A stretch of DNA of 63,489 nucleotides, the filler included, from Reticulomyxa filosa (Eukaryota > Protista > Foraminifera), in NCBI GenBank assembly GCA_000512085.1. It is 10 parts of 10 records of this genome, joined end to end, with 100 filler letters (N's around TTAATTAATTAA, not from the genome) between each part and the next. Parts side by side here need not be neighbours in the genome. Positions count along the whole stretch, not along the records: positions 20,121 to 30,930 come from ASPP01005251.1; positions 31,031 to 36,957 come from ASPP01046904.1; positions 37,058 to 42,681 come from ASPP01020503.1; 7 more parts are not named here. The stretch is one strand, 5' to 3'. This document shows positions 26,201 to 38,224 of this stretch, piece by piece (positions within the stretch are counted from its first letter, which is position 1; every line of letters starts with the position of its first letter). The translations under genes were made by a program, and so were the position numbers. The notes under the pieces were generated by a model that saw only the letters and a list, made by a program, of their open reading frames with translations, searched no databases and was not told the DNA's origin.

Positions 26201-29200
26201 TGGGTTTTTTCACTTCTTCCCATTGATACAGGGTGTTCAATCGATTTTTACTGTTTGATGAAATTACCAAGCAGGGATTGGTAAGCAATATTTCCAATGG
26301 CATTTTCGATTGCCCTCCGAATTTGGATTCCCATCCATTGGCCAGCTCGCTATAGGTGAACCGAATGTCCGAAGAGGGTGTGTTGGGAGTGTGAAGACTG
26401 CCAAACACAAAACGGAGCTTGGTCATTGCTGGAATGCGATCAGCGGGAGAATGCGAAAGCTTTGGTCGTAATGAATAATTCCATGTTTTTTGATCTTTGT
26501 TCCATTGAAATGTCAAGATATGAGAAAAGTGATTGTGCATATTGTCCAAATACTTTTTTATTTCTGAAATATCGGACTGGGTCATTGAATCAGGTGACAA
26601 TTTGGAGACAAGTATGTCTTTCAATTCTTTCTTGGTCATCTTCTGATTTGGGACACTAAGCATTGCCTGTTCAATGGCATTACAGGTGTCCACATAAGAC
26701 TGTGGCAATAACAACTCTAAATTCAATGGATACGGGGCATACAAAGAGAAATGTGGCGTGCTTGCAATTAACGCTTCCAATGTTGCATAACCATACTTGC
26801 TTGGCTTGACCATGGGAAATTTTGCACAAATTTTAGATCGAATATTCAAAATTGATGGCTGTTGCCAAGTGTGCCCATAGGTCATTTCATGCACAATTGC
26901 AGCAACACTGGCATAAAGCTCTTGCAAATGTGGAGATACAAACAATCTTATATTCCATTGATTTGTGAGATTAACGTCAATTTGTGGCATTGTATTCATG
27001 ATTTCTAATGCCGTTTGCACCTCTCGTGACAACAGCGAATCCAATGCATCATTGGTCTCACTTTCCAATTCATCCATAGTAGCCAGTGCTTTTTTTTTGG
27101 ACAACTTTGAGTCTTTTTTTTGTTTATGGGTAGCCTCTTCAAAGTGAAATCGTTCTAAAAAACCAGGCATTGCATTTCGCACAAATGCGACGATGGCGAA
27201 CAAGGGCACTCCTTGTCCGTTACGTTGATCAAGCCGATCAAGTTCTTGGAACATCATCTCTTTCAACTCATTGAAATGTCGACGCTTGACAACAATAGGG
27301 TCGTAATCGGGGTCGGCAAATGTAACGGAAAGATCTTGCTTGCAATGAAGTAAAATCATTTGAAACAAATTTGTGTTTTGATCGATCATTTTGGGAGCAT
27401 CGATCCACGTGCCAAAGTGTTGTATCAACTTGGGTTGAATCTGTGACAGATGCAATCCATTGGGATAAAAATCACAAATCATTTGAACAATTTGACTTGT
27501 AATTTTCTTTACATCTGTTTCGTGATGAGGAATGCTATTGATTTTATCTTCGCTGCGATAGGACAGGAATCGTAGCCAATTACCTCCCATTTTATCCGCT
27601 GATGCATTGTCCCCAGAAGCAAGGGACTGGGATTTGAATTGGACTTCCAAAAACGGGTACCAATCTTCAATGATCATTTTCATGCAGAGCTTATGAGAAA
27701 ATGGCAAACTCGTTTCAGCATAACTGAGATAAAGATTTTCCAAGTCTGCTTCTGGAATGGCCAAAGTACCATGCTGCAAAATGGGTGGATATTTCCAATG
27801 GATTCGAGCATTCAACCATTGTGGATTGTCTTGGCAATAGATTAACAAATCTACAATATTCTTCCAAAAATGCTCTTGTTGTTGCCGTTTTTTGGACTTG
27901 GAGAATTGGGTCGTCATTGCCATGTCTTCCGCTTCCAATATCGATTTTGCAGTATACGTTGCAAATGAAGTTTCGTTAATACGTTCCGTTTTTGTTGGCA
28001 TCGATTTTTTGCTTGTGCTCGATAAGAGCAACGGAGGAGATGTGGACGTGAGTAAAGAAAATTTGTGTGCAATGATGCATTGAATCGGTCTTGGGATGAT
28101 CAAGTTCAAATTGGTTGCATCAAACTTTTGAAGAAATTCTGGCAAGGATATGCCATCCGGACAATGAAAAGGATGACTCAAATAAATAGATGGATTCAGC
28201 CATTTCTTCACATGCCACATTTCCACATCAAAGCTTTGATTATCTGTGTGGTCAGTTGAGACCCGAGTCATCGTCGACAAAATATTGGCGTCTGTAAAGT
28301 TACAAAAATAGCTGTTGGCAATGGCTCTCTTCAACAGCTTCTCCGTGATTTTGTAGCGATCCACAGTGCTGGACTGGAGTGGCTCTCCAAACAATATCGG
28401 CTTTGCTCTTGTTTCATCCAGACTCAAGGCGCCCGATGTGAATACATTCCATTCCAAGTCGTGGACGTTCGATGACGACAGATCCACTTCCTTTGCTTTG
28501 TGTTGGCATTGCTCGACCTGGTCTAACCAGTCCACATAATTCATGAGCAAATCCAAATGGCTCAGCTTCCCATTGAAAGTGACCACATTTGGAGGGATTA
28601 CTTTGTACTCAATCAACGGTTCATCACTCGGACTTTTACCACCAACACGAGATGCATTGCCGAGGATTTGACCAAACCATGAATTATTTTTGTAACTATT
28701 CACAATGATATTTTGAATCCACACACTGCAATCAACTGTTATCCCCTTTTATTATTATTATTATTATTAATTATTATGTTATTATTATTATTATTATAAA
28801 TAAATAATTATAATAAAAATTCTTACACATGTGTATTTTCTTTGGAGGAGAAAAAAAAAAACCTGACTCAAATTTGGTAATAGCAAAAAATCTTCGAGAG
28901 GCTTTCCAATAGTGGCGTCAATTCGCTTGCACAACAAATCGTCGAGAAAGTGTAGCGTAAAATAATCAAAGTAGTGATGAGGAGACAAGAGTGGAGGGAG
29001 GCTAGGTTTGGATGGGTCGCTGTCATGGACAGATCGAGACGATGGGAAAAAATGAGAGGCGATGACCTCGTCCAAATGCTCGTGGTACAACGAAAAGTAG
29101 TAATTTTTCAACAGACTGAATTTGATACCCTGCGGGAAGTCCGAGGTAATACAGAGTATCTTATCTCTTTCTGTCAAAGGCATTAATTCAATGATCAGGG

Positions 29201-29852
29201 ATTCGAGTGCAAAACGAGCATCCCCAATACCTTTGCTCGATACACTGGTGATCATGACTGGAATATAATACGGATGCGAATGGTTTGCAATGGCTGATAT
29301 GTCGTCTTTACTCTCATTGTACACTACGTCCAACACTTGGTTGCTCGTTGGCAATTTACTTCGATCAATCCATTCCATGCTCTTATTGTTTTGATCCCAT
29401 TTCTTCACCTCTGTCGATAACATATGTTGACAGTCATTCACCAAGTGCAACTTCAATTCTGCATATCTTCGATCTCCACTCACTTTCATGTACCAACTTT
29501 TTTCTTTCCGTTCGCCAAAGATTCGCATAAAATATGGCTTGAATATTGACACCACACAAGTGCTGGCACTGGTGTGGGTGCAAAATAAGTTTGCTCGTCC
29601 ATACATGCCTGGCCTGTTCGATATCGTCTTCCTATCATTTTCTGCTGATTTGGATTCGGAAAGATTGGACAATTGTCTTTGTGTTGGAGTCAATGCTGTT
29701 GTTTGGAGCTGAGTTTGGCTGTTTCGCACTTGCACACTTGGAAGACTGCTCATTGCTTTGTTCCAAGTTGTTCCTTGTGCTCGAAACACTCTCTGTAATT
29801 TCCTGCCATTTCTAGCACGTGGCGAAACATGGTGACCTTCCAAAATTTTCAT
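20223..29852 (-). CDS. Giant (>=3100 aa, 3'-truncated) protein with many OST-HTH/LOTUS-like winged-helix repeats; exons 29852-28863, 28745-24411, 24301-21547 (two 1-bp frameshifts), 21445-20223
   Basis: Phase-0 GT-AG introns link all ORFs. Recurrent motifs include PQGIKFSLLKNYYFSLY, PDGISLPEF, YPNGLHLSQIQPKLIQHFG, FPMVKPSKYGYATLEALIASTPHF, PDGIALSSL and IKLSEFCSLFRERFG. The gene model is solid; the domain call is by eye. Confidence 0.7.
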
Positions 29853-30476
29853 TTTTTATTATGATTATGATTGTTGTCCTTTCTATTCACATTAGCAAGA
29901 GAGAAAAGAGGGTTCGTGATATATTTGAACCTTCATCTCTTCTAAAAGAAGTTCCAAACGAAAACTTACCCTGTTCTTATTGCGTAGTCTATTTTAATTC
30001 ATTAATGTTAAAAGAGAAACAAGAATATAGGAACAATTTGCAACGGGAGACATTTTACCAAGATTTTACTATTTTTGGATAAAAAAATAAACCGTGGTAG
30101 CTTTTTTTCTAAAATTCAAAAAAAAACATAACCAAATTTTTTCCATATGTTTCAAAACCAAAAACATGTTTACATTTTTCACTGCTTGTAGATGTTATTT
30201 CAAACAAGCGAAAATAAAATTGCAAATGTCAGTGTGCAGTCGGTTGTGTCACTAATGTTGGCAAAAAGGTGATATTTGTTATGCATATGTTTTTTGTGGA
30301 GTAGTTAACAATAGTGCTAACAGCAATTTTTGGTGAAAAGGATAAAACAAATAAACAGATGTTTAAAACTTAAACATATGTTTTTACAAAAGTAATTAAA
30401 GCTGTCCAATTCTTATCAGTCTTAAAAAAATGAAAAGAACAAAAGAAAAAAAAGTAACAACAATAAATAAAAAAAA

Positions 30477-30913
30477 TCAGCTACAAGAATCTGAAGAACT
30501 GGAAATAATCTCCGCCACAAAAGATTCAGTACAAACAAAGAACATAACAATGCCAAATCCGCTGATGCAATAAGCAAGAATTTTTTCTTTGGTAGTGACA
30601 GTGGTATACGCGGGACCTAATTTGACGTACATCAATGGTGGCAAAATCAATCCTAACACATTGTTTCCAAAGGCGCCAGTAAGTCCAGTGAGCACCTGAA
30701 ACGAAGGGACAAGCAAAGCAATACCACAAGTGGCAAATACCAAAATGCCGCGCAAAATATTTCGTTTAATTTCAATGCTTCGCTCCCCAAAGGTCGCAGG
30801 GTCCCACAAAGTACGTTCCAGCGATTCCGTTACGGGGAACAAAAACAGGGCATAGGTAAAAAACAAATCTGCACTTAAGAATATTTTCACCAGAGTCTTA
30901 ATGACACCGCTTT
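30477..30913 (-). CDS. Amino acid/auxin permease (AAAP/SLC36-like) transporter, last exon only
   Basis: FTYALFLFP, ALLVPSFQVLTGLTGAFGNNVLGLILPPLMY and hydrophobic TM helices. The 5' part is lost at the spacer. Confidence 0.85.
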
Positions 30914-31139
30914 CTATTCAAAAAAAAAAANNNNNNNNNNNNNNNNNNNNNNNNNNNNNNNNNNNNNNNNNNNNTTAATTAATTAANNNNNNNNNNNNNN
31001 NNNNNNNNNNNNNNNNNNNNNNNNNNNNNNAATTGGATGTTATAAAAATGAATTTGATTTTGAGTTACTTTGGAGACATTAAGTTGAGTAGTTGAAAAAA
31101 TATATTTAATGCATTCTTAACAGCAACAAAACATGACAG

Positions 31140-32645
31140 ATCGATTCTAAGTACAACTACTCTTCAATTGGAAAATCAATTATCGACTATGTTGAATTAT
31201 ATAAAGAATGATAAAACTTGTAAAAATATTGAATTCATCGTATTAGATACTATGGATCATGAAAGAATTAAAAATGTCAAAGAACAATGCAATAAAATTG
31301 ATATGCAAATTTCAGTCATTAAATATCAGATAAATAAATTAGATGCTGATTTCAAGAAAGTGAATCAAGATATAAAGTTACATTTGAATCTATAATCAAC
31401 AATGTTGAATCACATGAAAGTTATTTATTAATCAAAGTCAATATACACAAAGATAAAAAAAAAGAATCACTTCGACATTCTTTAAATATACTTAGAAACG
31501 AACAAATAAGATTTTAAACTAAAAATGATGAAATTGATATTGAATAAAAGATAAATTTACTGAATCTGATGACAAAATTGAAAATTACGTCAAATATTAC
31601 AAGATGAAGATAATAAAGTTTATCAATTTGATTTCAATTAAATTAATTAAATTGATAATTACATAAAAGTTGCATTTGTAAATGAAGATAAAATAGATAA
31701 AATTATTCAAATAATCGACAAATTAATTATTATTGAACATGAGTCAATCACTATAGATGATATAAAATTAAACTATAGATCAATATATATAAATTATTTT
31801 ATAGAATTTATTGAAAGAAAATTAATAGATACACTAACTTATAAAATAGATATTGCACATTTTAATAATTTTCAACAATGGAAAAAGTTGAACCAAATTC
31901 AAGTAGAACATGGCATTGAATGGAACGATTGACATTGATATATTAGATTAAAAAGAAATCAGTTAGAGCTAGATAAAGAGTATTCGTTAAGAATGATGTC
32001 ATCATTTTGTGGTAGACTTTCATTTACAGATTTCTCAAATATTATCACGTTTAGTACATCAACATCAATTAAATTTTGCTATCTATATTGACAAAACAAG
32101 AAGAAGACTTATTACTGTCATATTTGCCAAAAGAAAAACAAAGTAAATTGACATTACTATCGCGTAAGCGTTGATGGATTTGGGGCAAATTATTTTCATC
32201 GAAAATGTGGTACCAAAGTAGCAACAGTTACAATTATATTATATGATCAATTTAATCACGTTTTTGGTGGTTTTGCCAATGCACAATGGAAAGTCGCTGT
32301 AGTTTTGCGTATGATGCAATATCTTTCTTGTTGAGGAGGCAAAACAATTATGATCATAAAAAATGTTCTATTAAATCTAGGCAAAAATCTTATGCTATCT
32401 ATGATCACATCGATGTAGGTCCAACATTTGGTAAAAGAAAATTTGTTACTAAAATACAAATGTATAATATATTTTGTTGTACATTTCTTTTATAGGCAGA
32501 TAGCATGACATCAAATTTTTCGAACAATGATAATCTTTTTTCTGGTTCCTGTAGCACTGACAGTTACAATTTAAATAACAATGCAATGTTATCAGGTGCA
32601 ACTGCTTTCCATATCAAAGAGATTGAAGTTTATTCAGTCGATTGA
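31140..32645 (+). pseudogene. Decayed coiled-coil + TLDc gene, paralogue of the downstream intact gene
   Basis: YRVSVDGFGANYFHRKC, FNHVFGGF, YAIYDHIDVGPTFG|intron|...SGATAFHIKEIEVY* with stops and frameshifts. TLDc part ~32100-32645; the upstream boundary is approximate. Confidence 0.8.
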
Positions 32646-33691
32646 ATAGTAAGTATTGACTTTGAATGATTGCTAGTCGTTTTACAAGAATATAATTTTT
32701 TTGGTAATTTTTTGCTATTATTTATTTCGTTTTTTATAACAATTTTTGTTCAAAAATCAAAGTACGATACCAAAAAATAGAATTCGTATGTTCAAAACAA
32801 AATCTTCCTTAAGATAAGTAGAAATTACAACAAGTAGAAATACGTGTCAAATTGATGTACCACTTTACATTCTTTGATTACACGATTAAATGTTTTTTTG
32901 TATGACACCACTTTTTTTAGTATCTTCGATAATCTTTTCTTTGTTTTTTTAAACCATATTCTCCACATTTTTTTAAAAAGGATAAAGCAACAACAGTACA
33001 AACGAACTACTCTATCTCAGTGAAGCTAACTACGCTAGCTGAAGAGATAGTGTCATATCTTGGAAATTGATCATCTTTCCAATTCATGCATATGATAATA
33101 TGTTAAAAATTTTTACGTTTTTATCATTCTTGCTATTACATAAATGATAACAGAATGATCTAGTCTCTGAAATGTTTTTTCGTTGTTGCTTAGATGCAAT
33201 TGAATGATTGTTAGTGGTTGTCAGCTTGTAAAAATTATTGTTTTCATGTCTTCTGCGTCTACGGTGGAGTACTATTTGTTATTTCACAAGTTGATTGGTA
33301 GTAATTTGAATAACTATTTTTTTCTGGTGGCCAATGTATATCATTTCAAGTTTGAAAATATTGACTCGATAGAATACTCAAAGAAAAAATTGTACAAAAT
33401 CATGAATTTTTCAATTTCAGGCGACAGAAACTTAACAAATTGCTGAAACGGAATATTTTCGCTGATCAAACATGCATCCCAAACAAATAAAAATGTTGTT
33501 TTTTTTTTTGCTTTGAGCTTAATAATGACGATGCTAAAGAAAGTGCTTGTTAATACAAAGTATTTATTATCTAATATGTCTTACAAGAGAGCATCTTCAA
33601 AAACTGTTTGTAATATTCTTTAAATGACCGGCAACGGAAAAGCTGCCCTTGAACTTCCAACATTAATATTGAAGCGTACATAATCATATAA

Positions 33692-35760
33692 ATGACATCC
33701 GATCTGAAGTTAACATCAGAGGTTGGAGAAGGTTCTTTAGATTCTAGTGCAGACTCTCTGAAGGAGTTTTTGTTAAAGCATAATGTGAGATCAGGAGAAG
33801 CAACAGCAAGCGCTTTAGCAGCACTTGGGATAACTCTGAACGATTTGCTTGAATGGCGAGAAAAAGGAATTGAGTTAAAAAAAAAAAAAAAAAAAAGGCA
33901 TGTACACAAAAATATACAAAAAGAATGTGTAATAATATATTTTGTATTGTAACAGAGACATGTGCAAAGAAGCACAAATCGGATGGATGTCCCGTGAGGA
34001 TATAATACGAGCATTGCGAAAAAGCCCCGAGTCGCAAGTGTACAAAGAGAGCGAGATAAAGCAGCGACCAAAGTCGGCAACATCACAAGTGATAATACTG
34101 CATACGACGCAGCACGACCGCATAACGCAAATCTACGAAGGGTACAAAGAGGTATCGAAGATGGTCGGTCAAATCGAGAACCAGTTGATAGACCTGGAGG
34201 AGAGCAGTCGAACATCGAAGCGCAAGGTGTCGGACACATGTAAGCAGTTGATGAGCGCAGTGGAAGCTCACGAGAAGAGTATGTTGGAGAAGATTGACAT
34301 TTACAAGAACAAGAAGAAGAGGAAGTTGTTGCAAGTGTTGAGCGAGCTGCAGAAGATGGAGGGGCGTTTCAAGAAGAAGAACGAGCAGATTGCGCAATGC
34401 ATCAACGACAGCGAGTTGGATGTGAACCAAAAGACGGAGCAATTGAAGGACCTGTTGAAAGACGACCCGAGTCTGGTCACCACAACGTCGTTTAGCACAT
34501 CGAACGCGGACGTGCTGAGCTTTGGCACGCCAGTGGCCGTTCAATTCGTGGACGATGAGAAGGACACCCCACAGCTGGTCGCCATGGTGGACAACCTGCT
34601 GAAGCAACACATGGTTGTCATCGAGGCCGGCACTATCGTGCTGTCCGATATCGCCTTCAAAAAGACGACGCTGCCGCAGATGTTGCTTGGATCGGCCAAG
34701 TACAGCGTGGACAAGTTCAACAAGTTGTGGAAGGATGAGTGTACGTACCACTTGGAAATAGCCGCCCTTCCGGGAAATCGCAACACCAATGAGAACAGTA
34801 GTAGTAGTAGTAATGATAGCAACATGCCTTTGCAATGGACTATCATCAAAGAGATGGCTATGGACTTGGACAAGCCCAATGGCGTGATCGAATTTGCTGA
34901 TGAAAAAGATAATTATAATTATGATGACAGTGACAATGACAATGACAATGATAAAAGCAATGGCAATAACAATCGTCGTCAAAAACGTGTTCCATTGGAA
35001 TGGGAGAAAGAGTACAAATTGAGAATGAGGATATGCTGCTGTCCTGGAATTGCCTTCACATCCTTTTCGAATGCACCCGTGCTTCGCGTAGTCGAGGACT
35101 TGTCCTTCTCCAAAATACTCAAAAACACAACCGAAGTGGACACTCTGATGTCGTTCTTGCCCAGAGGCAAAAGCAGCACGCTCTCGCTCTTGTATCGCGC
35201 CAGTCATGATGGCTTCGCCGCCAAACAGTTCCATGACAAGTGCAATGCCAAGGGCCCCACGCTCACCGTGCTGCTGTCCGAAGACTACAACCATGTCTTT
35301 GGCGGATACATCTCGGTCTCGTGGACAGGGACCAACACTTGGAAAAGTGATACCAATGCCTTTCTTTATTTGATTCGAAGTGGAAAAGGTGACAACCCGC
35401 AAAAGTTTGCTCTCAAGTCGGGGCACGAAAGCACCGCTGTATATGATGTTTCCACTATCGGTCCAGCATTCGGTATTAAACACATTGCACACCACTAGAC
35501 TAAGAAGAAAAAAAAGAGAGAAAAGGGGAGACGACACTGTGGGGATTTACAGTTTATTTTTTTTTTTGTTTGTTTGTGTTGCTATATTTTTACATGTTGC
35601 AACAGGCGGTGGCCATGATATGTACATTGTCGACATGCCCAATTCCAATACCGGCAGTTACTGCGGGTCCTATAGTTTCAACATTCCAGCTGACACCACG
35701 CGACTGGCTGGTGCCACCAATTTCCGACTGAAAGAGATTGAAGTGTTTTTGGTTGAATGA
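33692..35760 (+). CDS. TLDc-domain protein with SAM-like N-terminus and coiled coil; exons 33692-33873, 33956-35472, 35606-35760
   Basis: LLYRASHDGFAAKQFHDKCNAKGPTL, VFGGY, GPAFG|GGHD and FRLKEIEVF are TLDc motifs. Both introns restore the frame. Confidence 0.9.
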
Positions 35761-36072
35761 TCATAACGTCAAACATAATAAAAATGAAAAATGATTGACA
35801 GATCGATAGAGAGAAAAAGGAGGGGGAGGGGGGAGAAGGAGAAAACCAAAAAAAGTAGGAAGATCAACAGTTGTAAAAATGCTTCTTTTTAAAACTGTTA
35901 GTTATATAAAGTAAACATTAGAGTATCAACAGCTCAAACTGTTCTAGCTGTTAGAACTTTTTTTTATATTATTCTTCATGCGAAAAGTGGGAAATATATT
36001 GTTGCAGATTTTTTTTTTTGCAGTTGTTTTCTTATCAGCACTTTCCTCCCCCTCCGTGTTGATATCACATCA

Positions 36073-36267
36073 ATGGGCTGTTTTTCAAGCTCAGTGGCAA
36101 ATACGACAACTGCACAAAATGAGGTGCAAATAGCTATTGAAGGGAATGATAAGAATACTGAAACAGCAAACCCAGCCAACAATGTTGGTGGGAAGTCTTT
36201 GATGCTCCAAGCGCTGCAACATCAACAGCAACAACAGTTACAACAATCACAGCAGTCACAGCAATCG

Positions 36268-36302
<35 letters not shown>

Positions 36303-36802
36303 GAAGCCACTAGCACTCCCACCAACGAGCACAAGCACATTCACAGCAACGAGGGTGGATTCGCTATCTCCAGCGACGACACCGTCGTATGACGTAACGG
36401 TGGACGATGGAGTGCCAACAAAGAGCGGGAACGAAACGGAAAAGTATGAAAAAGTGAAGGATGCAACCAATGACCCCAAGATAAACGTGGAGTTGGCACT
36501 GAAGAGAGAGAGTGAGCATAGAACAATAGACAAGAATGGTGGCAGCACAGCGATGGGTGTCGGCGCATTGCAGCAAGTGCAAATGGAATCGGTGAATGAA
36601 CAGAGCACGCTAACAAAGAATCAACGGAAGATCAAATTCAATCCCAATGAGACTGTTCAAGTTATCGAGTTTGACTTTAACGAACATTATCACGATATCT
36701 TGCGTCTCTCCAATCAATGTCTACGTCTTTCCTCAGACGTGTTGTCTCCTATTATTTTTCATTGTTTTAAATATAAATGTTGTGTCGCTATTATTTTCCC
36801 AG
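36073..36802 (+). CDS. N-myristoylated/palmitoylated (MGCFSS) poly-Gln protein, first exon only; possibly the start of a GNAT-like fold
   Basis: MGCxxS N-terminus, poly-Q at 36222-36303, donor site at ~36803, and the contig ends inside the intron. The GNAT suggestion is weak. Confidence 0.6.
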
Positions 36803-36919
36803 GTTAATTTTTTTTTTTATTTTTTTTATTAGAAATGCAAGGTTTATTGTATATAATATAGTTTGTATGTATAGCATATGTATTTGCATTGTCAACAAAC
36901 GGAGACCCTTTTTTGTACT

Positions 36920-36957
<38 letters not shown>

Positions 36958-37125
36958 NNNNNNNNNNNNNNNNNNNNNNNNNNNNNNNNNNNNNNNNNNN
37001 NTTAATTAATTAANNNNNNNNNNNNNNNNNNNNNNNNNNNNNNNNNNNNNNNNNNNNATATATATATATATGCATATGTATATATATACATATGCATATG
37101 TATATGCACACATATATATTATAAG

Positions 37126-37701
37126 GTTGACACTCGCTTTTCTTATGCAGCAGTGAATGCATTGGGCTTATTACAAAGCTTGGATCGCATTGACCGTAAA
37201 CAATGTATCCAACACTTGATCAAATGCCGCAACTTTGATGGTGGATTTGGGACGGTTCCTTATGCGGAGTCACACGGCGGAATGGTGTTTTGTTGCGTTG
37301 GAACGCTGGCCATTTTAAATGCCTTGGATGAGGTCGACACGGACGTTTTGAACTGGTGGCTGTGTGAACGTCAGTGGAGTGGTACCAAACAATATCTGGG
37401 CGGATTGAATGGCAGACCTGAAAAACTACCCGATGTCTGCTACAGCTGGTGGGATCTCTCTGCCATGTCCATCTGTCAACGTGTTCATTGGATTGACTCG
37501 GACAAATTGTCTGAGTTCATTCTGCAATGCCAAGACGCTGCTGACGGTGGCATTTCTGACAGGCCCGAAGACTTGGCTGATGTCTATCACACTTTCTTTG
37601 GCATTGGTGGGTTGTCACTTCTACACAAGGGCACCGTTCGTCTCATCGATGCCAGATATGCTTTGCCGGTCCATCGCTTGAAACAAATTGGAGTGCTGTG
37701 A
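37126..37701 (+). CDS. RABGGTB: Rab geranylgeranyltransferase type II beta subunit, last exon
   Basis: VDTRFSY, NFDGGFG, ESHGG, WWLCERQ, GGLNGRPEKLPDVCYSWW and DRPEDLADVYHTFFG. Confidence 0.95.
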   Translation, partial: VDTRFSYAAVNALGLLQSLDRIDRKQCIQHLIKCRNFDGGFGTVPYAESHGGMVFCCVGTLAILNALDEVDTDVLNWWLCERQWSGTKQYLGGLNGRPEKLPDVCYSWWDLSAMSICQRVHWIDSDKLSEFILQCQDAADGGISDRPEDLADVYHTFFGIGGLSLLHKGTVRLIDARYALPVHRLKQIGVL

Positions 37702-38224
37702 ATTCATTCCCAATTTTTGTCTTTGAGAGACAAAGTAAAATTTTTAAAAATAAGAATGAAAGTGAAATTTTAACTTGATACTTTAAATTTTTTTTTACAA
37801 AAATATTGATTAAACAAAAAGATAAAATTACAAATAAAATAAAAATTTTCCACTGTTTAAATTACAAACAAATACCTTTTTTCCTTACTATTCTTTTCAA
37901 TTTTTTTAAATCAAAAAAATTATCGCTTTTGTTAAAGGGTGCCCCCCCTTTAATAGTGTGTTATGCAAAAAACAATGAACAATTTTAAACGACTATTTTG
38001 TTACAATATTCAAAAATATTTAAAAACGGCGAAAATATTGCTTTATGTTTGCAGTCAATGATCAATGCAGCGTATTTGTTGCCTTTTGAGAGTATATTTC
38101 AGAGAAAAACAACAAAGACCTTTCTTCAAAGTTTGAACTGAATTTTAGCGTCTCGTAAATATCTTGGCTCCTTGTCTTGGGTTTTTAAAGCGTAAACACC
38201 ACTTATCAAGATAAAGAAAAAAAA

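Noticed and set aside
34083-35537. 484-aa antisense ORF (also 2223-2609, 47229-47822, 21580-22026 and similar)
   Set aside because: These are shadows of GC-rich sense-strand codon usage, with no recognisable motifs.
36073-37701. Fusion of the myristoylated poly-Q protein with RABGGTB
   Set aside because: The two are separated by an artificial spacer on size-sorted contigs, and the RABGGTB N-terminal half is simply missing.
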